Shown: positions 35,906-48,747 of the stretch, piece by piece
Numbering within the stretch: the stretch's first letter is position 1
How the letters are laid out: every line of letters begins with the position of its first letter
NCBI GenBank assembly: GCA_043228905.1
Contig: JBHGNT010000013.1
Location: forward strand, 682,001-746,000
Origin: Azolla caroliniana
Lineage: Eukaryota > Plantae > Polypodiophyta
DNA length: 64,000 nucleotides
Direction: 5' to 3'
The notes under the pieces: model-generated
Databases searched by the model: none
Seen by the model: only the letters and a program-made list of their open reading frames with translations
What the model was told of the DNA's origin: nothing
Position numbers and translations under genes: made by a program

Positions 35906-36380
35906 TGTTAACCGTTCTGCTGGAAACACCTCGTCATCCCTACAAGCTATCGGTATCAAGGGAAGTATAATCGTGAAGACTTGTGCACGGAGGTGTCGTT
36001 AGGGGAAGAACACAGAGAGTATACCCGGAATAGAGCCCGGGTCATATACATAGTTGAGACCTTAGAAACGACCACACATAGATGAAATCAACAAGAGCTA
36101 ATAGATATGTATTACTGCAATAGTTAGTGATGATTATGAAAAACACGGCCCCCAGTGGGTAGCCTTACAAAGCTCTTATAATTATGAAACGACCTCGCCT
36201 AGGCTCTGGATCTCCCCTCTTCCGAGGTACACAGACCTCGGTTTATATACTTTTTCTTCTTCATCCAAAGATGAGCAGTCGGCTGACTGTGAGGCTCGAA
36301 ACTCGGCGTTTACCTAACTCTACCTTACCTACTCGCCTTATTACATTTAACTAATTTATATTTTTGGCCCATGGACAACA
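35906..36380 (-). repeat. 5' LTR of element A
   Basis: TG...CA termini, matches 10391-10879. Confidence 0.95.
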
Positions 36381-37064
36381 AAGGCCAAATGGACGAGGAG
36401 GCACTCGAAGACGATGCCAAAGTGGAAGAGCCGATGGATCATAGAGGCATGAAGAAGGTCAACGAAGCCCTTAGCAGCAGACAAGCTTACCGAGCAGGTC
36501 GAGGAGCGCTAAACCAGACGGGTCGTGGAGCACGAGCTAGGAGGCGTGAAGCTAGGAGAAGCTGGAGCACTGGACTAGCCAAAGCTAACAAAGAACCTAA
36601 ACGTTGAGCGGACAAGTTCAACTGGATCCGGATCGACTGAACAAGCCAGAACCGGATTGGAGTCCGGAATAGAGAACTGGATCTGATTGGAACCGGTAGG
36701 CTGTTAGAGACCTACAAATCTAGCCTAGTACGTAGGCATATTTTTGGAAGTCAGTGTCAGTCGCTCGTATGAGCATTGAAGTACTTGTCAGTACTTCTGT
36801 CACTCCATTATGGACTTGTATAAAAGTGCTCATTGAGCACATTGTATGTACAGAGAGTGATTATTTTGAATTTAGTTTACTAATCTGCTCTCTCTGTCTC
36901 TCTCGTGTAAGGTTTCCATTAAAATTATGTCTGCATTCTTTAGCTATCCGAACGAGCCGGTTTTGTCTTAGCTTCCGCAATAGTATTTGTTTACATGTTA
37001 TTAGAGTGCGGGGGTTGAGAACCTCTGCAGCCGACAAGTGATTTTTTGAAGACAAACCCTAACA
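36381..37064 (+). mobile_element. Right half of the Copia D-family 3' region/LTR
   Basis: GGACTTGTATAAAAGTGCTC and flanks are homologous to 63700-63900. Ends CTAACA, followed by a degenerate TGGTA PBS and gag. Confidence 0.7.
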
Positions 37065-37092
37065 CCTGGTAAGGAACAGATAGAAGAAGGAT

Positions 37093-38135
37093 ATGGACCA
37101 AGGAATGGCTAGCTTGGTCTGGACGGAGAAGCTCAACATATCCAACTATGCATCTTGGTTGTACAAGATGCATTGGTATCTACTTGGGCATGGCTACTGG
37201 AGTTATGTCGATGGAGCTAACGATACGGCACCTGATGCGGCACACATGGACTTCCTGACTTGGGAACAAGCGGCAAGCAGAGTTATGTATTGCTTTGCGT
37301 CTAGTGTCAGTGATTAGCTGTTGAACCATATCCAAGATGCCAAGATGCCGAAGGAAGCTTGGGGAAACCTGAAGAAGGTTTTCGCCACAAGCACCACAAC
37401 CATGAAGTTGTAACTCCTACAGGAGTTGAGCAATGTTTGATAGAAGGACATGTCGGTGGTTGACTATACGCCCCGGATCAAAGACATCTGCAACTCTCAC
37501 TTGCCTCTATCAACATGACTGTCAAGGAAGATGAGATGGTGCAGGTCTATCTCGGGGGACTAGCGTCGAAGTTCAGAGCATTCCAAACAACAGTCTATGC
37601 AAGGGAGAATTCCCCCTCATTTTTCGACTTACAATCAACGCTCCTTGTAGAGGAGAACCACGCAGGTGCATCAACAAGCACGCATACGGAAAACAAGATG
37701 TTGTACAGGGAGACGGATCGTCCCCGTGGTCATGGCGAACGAGGCAGATCGACACATCGTGGAAGCGGCCGACAAGAGCAAAATCGAAGGCATAATAATG
37801 GTGCTGACAACAGTGTTGAACCCTCCACAAGCAGGGGGATTCAAGACACTTCCATGAGCCAATGGGAGAAGACTACGGTGGACTGTTGGTAATGTGGCCA
37901 AAGAGAGCGTCAGTGTTGGAAGAAGCGCGCCGATTCGGACAAATCCGGATCTGGCAAGGCTAGATGGGGAAACCGACAAAGCTCGCACTATGCGGAGGGA
38001 TCAAAAGGATCCGGTTTCGGAGATGGATCAGGCCCAGCCTTTGTGATGAAACACAATGCCAATTCGATGAAGACAAGCTCCTCGAAATCGAATGAGGTAT
38101 GGTATGTTGATTCTGGAGTGTCATACCATATGACA
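37093..38135 (+). pseudogene. Degenerate Copia gag-protease
   Basis: KLNISNYASW..YWSYVDG, DLQSTLLVEE and WYVDSGVSYHMT, with stops. Confidence 0.85.
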
Positions 38136-38435
38136 AGCTATGCGGATATTAGGAATTCGTGCCCTCCGGATGGGATCTAGATGAGAACTGGAGGAGCTGA
38201 ATCGGACGAGTCGGATGAAGGAACCAGATCTGGAAGGGTTTTGGATGAGACTCGGAAACCGGATCAAGTGAATCTGGATGGATCCGGTGCAAACCAGATT
38301 GAAGGACATATGTGGTAATATGTTTCATGCTTAGCCTACTCGAAGAAGGTGATGAACTCGGGATCATCCAATGAAAACCGGCTTGAGGACACAAGGACTT
38401 ACCCGGTTGAAAACTAGATATTAGCCGGTAACTAG

Positions 38436-39443
38436 ATGACACTCGACGAACTGACTAGATTCGGACAAGAAATCGAACCAACCGAAGAAGAAGAACAAGA
38501 CACCGGAACCGGAGAAGATCCCAAATCTAATTCAAATGAGGAACAAATGGAGGAAGTGGTAGGTAGAAACCAAGGACGAAGATACCCTCTCAGAGAGAGA
38601 AGAGCCCCCAGTAGATTTCCGGATGCAGAGCATGTATTGTTGACCGGTGAGGGGGAGCTGGAAAGCTTCGAGGAAGCAAAGAAAGACACCCACAGTCGCA
38701 AGTCATTGACTGCCATGCAGGACGAGATGGATTCCCTGCATGAGAACCACACATACTAACTGATGGAGTTGCCAAAAGGAAAGAGGGCACTCCGGAACAA
38801 GTGGGTGTACAAGCTGAAACCAGGAGACGCCGGAAATCCACCAAGGTACAAAGCTCGGATCATGGTGAAGGGGTTCTAGCAAAAGAAAGGAGTGGATTTC
38901 GATGAGATCTTCGCCCTAGTAGTAAAGATGACATCCAACCAGACGGTATTGAGCATAGCGGCAAGCATGGACCTCGGGGAAGAGCAACTGGACGTCAAGA
39001 CGACATTCCTACATGGCGACATTGAAGAAGAGATCTACATGCATCAACAAGAAGGATTTGAGAAGAAGGGGAAGGAGCACCTGGTATGCCGGCTGAAGAA
39101 GAGCTTGTACGGATTGAAGCAAGCTCCCCGACAATGGTATTGGAAATTCAACTCTTTCATGACCGACCAAAGGTACCACAAGACGCAAGCTGACCACTGT
39201 GTGTTTGTGAAGAAATTTGACGAAGGCGACTCCTTGATACTCCTGCTATATGTGGATGATATGTTGATTGTCGGATGGCGCCAGCTCAAGATCCAAATGC
39301 TGATAAAGGCTTTGAACCGGACCTTCTCAATGAAAGATTTGGGTCTAGCAAGACAGATTTTGGGGATGCACATCATCTGGGACCGATCGAAGAAGTTGTT
39401 GTGGTTGTCACAGGAGAAGTACGTGACAAAGGTGCTTCAACGA
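38436..39443 (+). pseudogene. Degenerate RT fragment of a Copia closely related to element C
   Basis: RRYPLRERRAP, LVCRLKKSLYGLKQAPRQWY and LLYVDD are near-identical to C. Cut at KVLQR by the LTR starting at 39444. Confidence 0.9.
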
Positions 39444-42400
39444 TGTCATGAAGAATTTCGGCCAAAGGCGGAAACCGGGAAATATTGGCTACATCGACGG
39501 GGTGCAGCATGTGCGATCACCCTTGTACATTTAGTGTGAATAGTAGGAGTCAAGATTGGGACAGAGAATCCCATGTAAGTCGGGATTTATCCCATATTGT
39601 AGCACATCTCCCTCCTTGTTCTATAAAAGGAAGGGAGCGCCTCTTGTGAGAGGGTTTCCCATTTTGAGTTGTAAGGGTATACCATTTTGTGCTTCGTTTT
39701 TCGGGTTAGTGACATTCTTTTTTTTTCCCTCTACTCCTCCTTCTCGAGAACTCGAGCGGCAGCTATGGCGGGAAAGCTATTAGGTTAACTCTTCTTCTTC
39801 TGTGCGTAGCCGGCTCGTGGCCGGGGTGGTTTCTCTCCCTGTTGTAGGTTGCTTCTGCTCGGCATCCTGTGCAAGACCCCGCTCGGTGCGATGAGCCCGA
39901 GAGCTCCCCGACGGCGGCTTGGCGGCAGATTGCCGTTGCGACCTAGCCTACCTCAGTCCGAGTCGGAGTAGGAGTTGTAACTCACTCTTGTAATCATATA
40001 TATATATATATATAGGGTTGTGCATATTTGTGTATCTGTCGGTGTCGGGTTCTTTCCCTTCCCTGTGTTTCCTGTACATAAGAGGTGTACGTTGTGTCGG
40101 TGTTGCGCACGTGTTCTCCCCCTCTCTTCCTCTCTTGTGTTTGGTAGCCACCGATACGCGTCCGGAATCACTCCGGTTCGCGCCACCACCAGTGCAGCCG
40201 GGACCGGAGAGAAGTCAACTTCCTACACTCCGTCACTCCCTAGTCCAAGACCCCCGTGGTCCCGCCCCTTCTATACGCACGCGTGTAACATCGCGACATC
40301 TTTGGTGAACCCAACATGAAGAGCGGCAAGGGAGCATGGAGTCGGAAGATGATGACCTCGCGGAGATGGTGGCCGAAGTGGTGTTGGAGTTTGCACGAGT
40401 GGTGATGAGGCGAGAAGCAGCACAACAAGTAGTTGAGCGAGTGGTCGAAAGAGTCGGCCGTTTCAATGGGGACAAGGTCCCATTCTACTTGGAAGCCTAC
40501 AACGCAGAAATAGAAGTGTGTGGCGTAGACGAGGCGTTGAGGCTGGAGTTCTTCTGTCGGGTCGTAGTTGTTTGGATGCATGCGGAAGTAAAGGAGCTCC
40601 CTGAGGCTCATAGTTCGTGGGAGGCCTTCGAAGAGGCGCTCCTAAAGGCATACGGAGGGCGGCCGAAAGGCCGGGGAAGGCGTGGCTTCGACCAATGGAT
40701 ATCGTCGGCGAAGACCCACCAAGGCGCAATGAAGGCGTTCCGAGAGTACGAGCGGCGGCTTGCTCGGCTCCCAGAGTGGGAACAAGGTTTGGTGGGGGCG
40801 GACAAAGTCCTGTTGTTCGGAATGGGAGGCCATCGGGATTGAGCTCGAAGACAAGGACGGAGCGAATGGCCTCACCGAGGACTAGTTGAAGGTCAGAAGG
40901 GTGTGCCAACGGCTAGATGACGAGCAAGCCGAGAAGGCTAAGAGGAAGGCACGCGACGGCGTGCCATCACAGCGGGAAGAGGCCGAACGGCAAAGAGAGT
41001 CGGCAAGGGTCGGCGTTGGGGCCAGGATTGCGGAGGCGTACGCAGCTCTCGAGGCGATGCTCGAGGAAGAGGAAAGATCGAGGCCGCAAGCCAAGACCGA
41101 GGAGACGGACTTGCCCCATGTAATGGTGGAAGACCGGTACCACAGTACCACGGAAGAGGGTGTGGAACATAACGCCCTCTCGACTTGCGGAGAATTGCCG
41201 ACCGAGGACAAGGTCGGGGGCGGAGAATAGCCCTCCACGCGGATTCCCGAGACTCCGGTGGTCGAGCCCGTGTACCGACATCAGACCGGAGAGAAGGAAG
41301 GCGCCGACGAGGAGTCCTGGCACGATGCCAACGAAGAGGGATGGGAAACGGCCTGCGAGGAGGCCAAGGACGGAGGCAGCACGGGAAGATCAGCATTCCG
41401 ATTCGGATGGAGCGCGATCCGGATGTGGATGACTCGACCGAAACTGGCCCGAGGCACGAAAGACCAGGGACGGGCTATAGAGCCCGATCGGTAGGGCTCG
41501 GTTCGGTACAATAGTGCCGGCGCGGAAGAGGGTGCGAAACAAATCGCCCTCTTTTACATGAGGACGCAAGCCGACCAGGCGAAGGCCGCAGATCGAGAAG
41601 CTAGCGATCGAGGTTGCGGAGAGAGATCGGCAGGTTTCAGACACCGCTGCCCGAAACTCCGGACATTGGAGAATCAAGTGCAGGTGGCACTTGATCGATC
41701 GAAGTCCAGATGCTTCTCACTGAACGTGCTTGGGGAGCGGTACCCTGAACGAGCGGCCGCAAATCATTACGGGACGGAAACACCACGTCTTATCTGGAGA
41801 CTCAAGCAGTCGGCAATGAGCGCCGACATGAGACCTAGAGAGATGGGAGATGGAGGCGGGTACGCGAGAAGGAGGGTGAAGAGTTCAAAAGAAGCACAAG
41901 GGAGTGAGGGTGAAAGCAACCAATCCTATGGGATCCCCACACCGATCCAGAGACTCTGGCAGTTCGGTCAACGTGGCAACGTGAGACCTAGAGAGAAGGA
42001 CAATGGTGGCGGGAAATGGGAACGGCCAATGCGAACAGACCTGGACGATAACAGGGAGGATATGTTTCCGGATATAACCAATCTGGAAGGAAGGAAATCG
42101 GTACGTCGGTACCACGGGAGAGGGTGCGGTGCAAACCGCCCTCTCAACATGCGGAGAAGGACGACCCGGGACAAGGTCGGGAAGACAAATCGGAGGCCCA
42201 AGGAGGATCCTTCACACCGGATCTAGAGACTTCGGCAGTCGGCAACGCGGTCGACGTAAGACCAAGATACTGACGGTGGCAGCGAGGGGACAAGTGCGGA
42301 AAACGGCGAAAGAGGAAGTTCGGTCCTACGGGATCCCCACACTGAAACCAGAGACTGCGGCAGTTTGGCCAACATGGCAACATGAGACCCAGAGAGAAGG

Positions 42401-42670
42401 TTGGTGGTGGCGGGAAACGGGACCCGGCAGCACGAAGGCAAGACCCGGCCACGCGGAAGACACGAGGAGAGTCGCGAAGGACTCCGACAGAAGACACCTG
42501 AATTTCGGCAAGAGGAGAACGAAGACCGGTCCTAAAGAGATCCTCACACCGATACGGTTGTCGGCCCGAGTGATGACGTGAGTCCTATAGGAGAGATCGG
42601 TGGCGACAGGAGAACGGGACCCGGCAATCCAGAGAATGACGAACAAGAACCGGGCGGAGCGGACTTCCGG
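39444..42670 (+). mobile_element. Element E: Gypsy-type LTR (39444-40298), degenerate tRNA-Trp PBS, decayed gag and repetitive non-coding interior (non-autonomous)
   Basis: TGTCATGA...CGCGACA termini, TATAAAAG, PBS TGGTGAACCCAACATGAA at ~40303. The ORF at 40336 resembles the gag of F (GRFNG vs GQFDG). Internal duplications. Confidence 0.75.
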
Positions 42671-43099
42671 TGTCGTGAAGATTTTCGGCAATAGTGTGAA
42701 AATCCCATAAAACGTACAAAATCGAGTATGAATCATTGTGAAGATAAAATCGAGTATGAATCATAAAACGTACAATAATTGTGAAGATAAAATTTTAAAT
42801 AAATTTAATATCTAAGTACAAAATGATGGAGGTTTCGAATGCACTTTATTACACGAGAAACGGACAACTAAATGTCAAGATATGAGGGTATAAAGTTTGT
42901 GAAAGGAAAAGAGAAAATTGTGTGATATCCCACATACGCACGACAAATACGGCTCTCATCATATATAAGGTAGAGCAAAAGATATTATTTTTGTGTCTAT
43001 GTGTGGAGCATAGAAAGTTCAAGGTAACTTGAACTAAGAGTGGAGTTGGGCTAGCTACTCGTAAAGCGTTTTGGCCAACCAAAACCGGACCAACGATGG

Positions 43100-43430
43100 A
43101 GCCGGTGATCCGGCGGCATCCGACGGCAAACCGGCATCCGGCGCCGGTGAGACGACGGCATCCGGCTGGGCACTGGTATCCGGCAACGGCATCCGGCGGC
43201 GGCAACGGTATCCGGTGCCGGTGACACGGCGGCGGCACCGGTAACCAACGGCATCCGGCGGCAACCAGCGACGACATCGGTATCCGGCGGCGGTGAGACG
43301 ACGGCATTCGGCGAGGCACCGGTAACCGACGGCATCCGATGGCGGCACGAGTATCCGGCGGCAACCGGCGACGGCATCCGGCGAGGCACCGGTAACCGAC
43401 GGCATCCGACGAACCGGCGTCCGGCGACTA
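43100..43430. repeat. GC-rich minisatellite (GGCATCCGGCGGC / CACCGGTAACC units)
   Basis: Directly visible degenerate tandem units. Confidence 0.85.
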
Positions 43431-43474
43431 GATAAATAAATATATAAATATATATACATATATACATATACAAT

Positions 43475-43545
43475 GAGGGCAAGTAAGGATTTGAACCTTG
43501 CACCTCCAAGTTAGGAGTCAATTGGCTTACCATTAAACCATGCCA
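43475..43545 (-). other. tRNA-derived (pseudo-tRNA/SINE-head-like) sequence
   Basis: A-box-like TGGTTTAATGG and B-box GGTTCAAATCC at tRNA spacing. Stems are degenerate. Confidence 0.5.
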
Positions 43546-44016
43546 TTTAGTTGAATTTATATTTCTATCATTGTACTTTACTTGTAAATTCTCATACATG
43601 AGAGCTAAAATGAGTGACATGGTTATCATGCACCACATGTAATACATAAGCGCCAACTGGCAAACATGCAATTTATGCATGTCTTGTACCCTCAAATGCA
43701 TCATATGCATGAGAGCATCTATAAAAGAAGGAAGGGGGAGGAGAAAAAACACGTTTTTTGGGGTTATGAAATTAAGAAGAAGAAATTCGTTATCAAATTG
43801 ATCGTGTAACTTGTTTCTTAAATCTAAAGTTAAAAGTTCAATCAATCTCTCTCAATCGGGTAATCTCAACTTCTCTCTTTCCCAATCTATCTTAAGTACT
43901 TTCTCGCTAAAGCTTGCACCAAAGCTTGTACCGACTTTGAATCCTTCCGGTCCAGAACCCCGGCGGTTCCGCCTCACGATCCGCGCGTAGTGACGGATCT
44001 TCACGACATAATTAAG

Positions 44017-44034
44017 TGGTGAACCCGACGTGAA
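44017..44034 (+). promoter_or_regulatory. PBS of element F (tRNA-Trp)
   Basis: TGGTGAACCCGACGTGAA, complementary to the recalled plant tRNA-Trp 3' end. Confidence 0.85.
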
Positions 44035-44076
44035 AGAGGCGGTAGGAAGGATCAAGTCAAGATTAATACTTGGAGA

Positions 44077-46844
44077 TGGCGTCCTCAAGCAACCAAGCGG
44101 GAGAGCTCGAAAGGATGATGCTAATCGTCGAGCAAATGATTAGATCTCGGGACAACGACGCGAGCGTGGAGAAGGCTGTCGATCGTGTCATAGAGCTCGA
44201 GGGCCAATTCGATGGAAGGAACGTTACGAAGTTCCTTGATGCATATAGAAGGGAGATGAATCAGAGGGACGTGTCTGAGGCACGTCAAATCGCAAGCTTC
44301 AAGAGAGTTGTCGCCAACAACATCCAAAGACGCGTCATCGAGCTTCAAGAAGGTAAGACAACATGGTCTGAGTTCGAGAAAACGATACTAGCGGAGTTCG
44401 TGACTGAAGACTCAACGAGGATGACTCGACATGCCATGATGAAGTGGATAGAGAAGAAGAATAAGAAGATGAGCGTCTCGAGGGTGTACGACGAATTCGA
44501 CCAGATGTTTATTCGTCTCCCCAATACGGACCAAGTGTTGCTTGAAGAGGACAAGACTTTGTACTTCTTAAAGGCCGTGGACATAAAGGATAGACGGGAG
44601 TTGGGGACTCTTCTCGAAGATGATACTCAAGAAAATGGGCTCGTAGCGGACTGGATTGCGGTGAAGCGGGCATGCAATAGGCTTGACAAGCGTCGCCAAT
44701 GGGTTGATGACACCGACTTGACGGGATCGACTACCACGGAGAAAGCAAGACCGCCGAAAGTAGCTGAGCCGCCAAGACAAAGTAACGTGGAAGAAAAGAA
44801 GATTGATGACGACATCATTGAAAAGCTAGCGAAGAAGTTCGAGAAGGTCATGCTAGCCAACATGAATCGTCGGGGCCCTAAAGGAAAAGAAGCCTTTAGA
44901 TGCGTGTGGTGCGATAGCATGGACCACATGAGAAAGGATTGTGCGAGCCTTCGAGAGGCGATTCGACAAAATATCGTATACATAGAGGACAACATGATCT
45001 GCTCAAGCGAGACTAGAAGACCCCTACGGGTGAATTTCGGAAGAGGAGGAATGAAGAAATCTATGGAGGATGCCGATGCGACTCATGTGGATGCGATGCA
45101 CTATGCTGCGTCGGCCGGAATAAGAGTCGGGAAAGACAAGACTGAAGCTGCTAGAGCGGGAGCAAAGTTTTGGACTTCCATTCTCGAATATGAGAAGAAG
45201 GGAAAAGTCACATCGAACGAGGTAGAGCTTGCAGACCAAAGTGTGCAAAGCATAACCGGGTGGCCGGATCCGGTGGACGACAACACCATACTTGCAGAGG
45301 TGATGTGCGACAACCACGAGGTGTTCGTCGAAGAAAAGAGAAAGAGAATAGAAGAGCAAGGACCATAAAAAAGAGATGAAACAAGGAACGCGAAAAAGAA
45401 GGACGATGCGGAGATGAGTCGACCTTTACAAATGGAGGAACGAGAATCAAGCCGAAAAGGGGAGCCGAGCATACGAGTTGAAGAAACGATTCGGCCCGTG
45501 AAGGTTGGTGTCGAAGACCCCGCTCGGAGGACAAGGACTATACCTACCTATAAGCTAAGGTCGGACATAGAGCAGATGACGGACCTAAAGAAGATTCTCG
45601 AAGAATGAGTTCTTGATAGCCACGTAACTTTGTCCTTGAGGGAATTGCTTGGCATTACGAAGGAGTTCCATGACACGATCGTGGACCTTGTAAAGAGAAA
45701 GAGACAACAATCAGACGAGGAAGAAGAGAAGCCGCAAAAAGCAAAAACGAATGCCATAACGATGGCAAGAGACGAAGTCGATGAAGATATGGTGGACAGC
45801 CACTATACTCGACCTCATTGGGCACAAGCGACAACGGAGACGCTGGTGAAGATCGGGGAGAAGAAAGAGACCGTGGTAGCCTTGATCGACCACGGCTCGG
45901 AGATCAACCTCATGTCAACCGACTTCTACAAAAAAGGAAGATGGCCAATCAATACAAACCACGGATGGAAGATTCGCGCGGCAACAAAGTCTACGGAGGA
46001 CTTGTACGGAGCTTGTCCCAATATCAAAGTCACGATCGGGGATGTGGAGATGGATCAACACTTCTTCGTACAAGAATCGGCATCGCATCCTGTCATCCTA
46101 GGGCAACCTTATATCACATCATCTCGGATGGAGACCAAAGTGTTCGATAATGGAGCAGCCTTCGCACGAATAAAGAGTCTTGACAACCAAAGACCGGTCC
46201 AATTCCTAACGGTGCAAGCCAATCATGAAAGGAATCGAGATAGTCTCGGAGGCGAATCCTTGGATTTTTAGAGCGGACTATTGAAGCATGGGGCACAAAT
46301 AGTCCGAGCAATCACAAGACCCCACAAGAAAGAAGAGTGCGTGGATTGCGAGGAGAAGCAACATGTGTCACACCTAGTGGCGCATGTAAACTAGTACTAC
46401 CCGACAAGAAGCACAAGCACCGGATACAAGAATTCGAGAAGATGCTAAAAGAAGAAAACATAATAGAAGAAGGAGAGTTCGTGACTCATATTATGGAAGA
46501 AGCCTCATTTAACGACACCATTGGCGAAATCGAGGACGTCGTGGACTTGAGCTATCTTCACAACCAACGCGTGATTTCGGTTAACTCCGTCAACATGTAC
46601 GCTATCATTGATGAATACCGTCATGGCATCTCGATGAAGGAAGCTGACATCAACACGAAATATAAAACAGTGGATAAGAAGATCAAGCCAGTTGCGGTTC
46701 CGCTACCGGAAGATAGCTGGCAAAAGATGGAGGAAGTCGCTAACGATCCAAGCTTAAGAGATCCGAAGAAGATAGGTCATGTCTTCACCAAAGAGACGAA
46801 GGGGAAGCTACGAGTTGGAAAGGAGGATTTCCTTCTCCCTGAAC
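44077..46844 (+). pseudogene. gag-protease and start of pol of element F
   Basis: CVWCDSMDHMRKDC knuckle, ALIDHGSEINLM protease, ILGQP, GGATTTT at the ORF1 end, KYKTVDKKIKPV. In-frame stops at 45366 and 45606. Confidence 0.85.
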
Positions 46845-48336
46845 GCCTCGTCTCACATCTCAATGCGTGCAAGCTAAGTCTCATGGAAGCAATGGTTTGA
46901 ATGGCAGATATTGGGATGGCCTCAAACATGCATCGATGTGTACGGCTTCCTTGTTCCACGAAGAATATGGTTTTGTAGTTAGGTGCAACATTTGTAGTAT
47001 AATGTGTGAAGCGTGAGCCACCACATTTGTCCCATGTCATGATACATTGGCGTTGCAAAAAGGCCTCATTTACATAGGAATCTAGTGACACATCATGAAG
47101 CAAGTGTCTTGCATCCCATCTACCAAACCATTTTTCTAAATCTTGCATCCAACTGGAACACAAAATTTTACTTTTATGCATATTTTGGATCTTTTTGCTT
47201 GCTTCCCACGCAATTCTAGGAAGTCGATGTGAGGGGCTTTTTGGAACCTTAAGCATGTATTCAACAACCCTTTCCATGGCCATGATCTCAATGGGAAGTG
47301 ATTCCATCTCAAGGAGGAGTAGGGTGTAGGGTGTTTGTTTCTTAACTTGTAGAAACCTTGTAAGAAAATGTTTTTGGACATTTTCAAACTCTTTCCACGT
47401 AGATTTAAGGATGCTACCGCCCCATACTTCCACCCCATAGAGAAGAATCAAGGTCACCAAAGTGTCAAAAAGATATTTCTTGAGGACCCAACACTTAATA
47501 TCTCCAAGATTGCATGTGTTCTCAAATGCATAATATGCTCGTCTACCCACCTCTAAGCGGCATGTAGCACATTCATTCCATTTATGATTTGAAGGAACCT
47601 CAAGGCCAAGATATTTGAAGCTTTCCACACATTCAAGTGGCTCATTGTTGTACATAATGCATGGTTTATCTCTTTTTTGACTCTTCACAAGCATAATATT
47701 TGTTTTAGAGCTATTGACACTTAATCTAGTATGCATGCAATTTTTTTCCAATGCCTTCATAAGCTTCTGTGCATCTCCTGAAGTATTTGCAAAAAGCACT
47801 ACATCAACTGCATATAACAAAAGCATAATCACAACATTCCCAATGGCAACTTCTTCAACACATTCTTCCTTTACAAACTTGGTAACCATTTCTTCTAATT
47901 CATCAATGCATAGACCGAATAATGTTGGTGAGAGTGGGCATCCTTGCTTAACACCAATAGTGCTATTGAAAAAATCTGAAAGTCTATCTCTCATACGCAC
48001 ACAACATATAACCTTCTCATATATTCGGGAAATTGCAAGCATATATTCACTTGGCACCTCAAGTTCTTCCATCCACCTCCAAAGATGCTCACGAGGTACC
48101 ATATCAAAGCTTTCTTGAAGTCTACAAAGCAACAATATAAACCTTTACCTCCAAAGCGACTTTCCTCCATTAATATTCGAAGAGTGACAAGATGATCAAT
48201 GGTGCTACGGTGTTTTCGAAAACCAGCTTGTCCATAAGCTCTGTTACCATTTTGTTCTGCCCATACACTTATCTTTGATTCCATTATACATCCAAATAGT
48301 TTTGCCATTAATGAGCCAACCATGATGGTTCGATAG
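46845..48336 (-). mobile_element. RTEX-like LINE fragment (RT), sister copy of 6035-7796, lacking the 3' tail
   Basis: High nucleotide similarity to 6370-7796. GVKQGCPLSP and FKYLG motifs. Confidence 0.9.
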
Positions 48337-48747
48337 TCGAGAGAGAGGGAGGGAGGGAGGGAGGGAAGGAGACAACAGACAAGGGGAGAGAGAGAATGAG
48401 AGTGAGGGAGAACTACAATCAAGGAGAGAGACAAAGAAAGAAGAAAGAAAGATATATTAACGTCTTCTAATGCCAAAATTGGCCCATGAGACAAATGTTT
48501 TACAACAAAAAATGGGATATTTACCCATTCATCGAAAGTAAAAAATAAAAATAAAAATAGATTTTTAAGCTAAATAGTTCTAGTAAAATAAAATAACCAA
48601 CATGTTCTACAATGAAAATGATGTTATACTAGGCCTAATTTCATTTCCATCGAAGTCTCTCGAAGAGAAGCTAAAGGTCAAAGGGTTTCGATGTGGATGT
48701 GGCCCGTGTCCCCAATGTAAAAGGTACCCCAACCATAGCTTCTAGTC

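Larger units (their letters stand above)
10391..36380 (-). mobile_element. Ty3/Gypsy element A (non-chromovirus, Athila/Tat-related lineage), full length, degenerate, with nested insertions
   Basis: Direct LTRs at 10391-10879 and 35906-36380. TSD AAGGC at 10386-10390 and 36381-36385. gag-PR-RT-RH-INT lie on the minus strand. Confidence 0.95.
42671..46844 (+). mobile_element. Element F: 3'-truncated Ty3/Gypsy with tRNA-Trp PBS; 5' LTR (42671-44008) interrupted by ~1.1 kb of unrelated DNA
   Basis: 12-bp terminal inverted repeat TGTCGTGAAGAT / ATCTTCACGACA, PBS at 44017, gag-protease ORFs. Confidence 0.8.

Noticed and set aside
42650-42670. Absence of a PPT before the LTR at 42671 as another PPT-less element
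   Set aside because: That LTR is best read as the 5' LTR of F (12-bp inverted termini with 44008), so no PPT is expected, and no tRNA-like motif is present.
42849-43845. Overlapping 134-264 aa ORFs
   Set aside because: They are products of a stop-poor GC minisatellite and have low-complexity translations.
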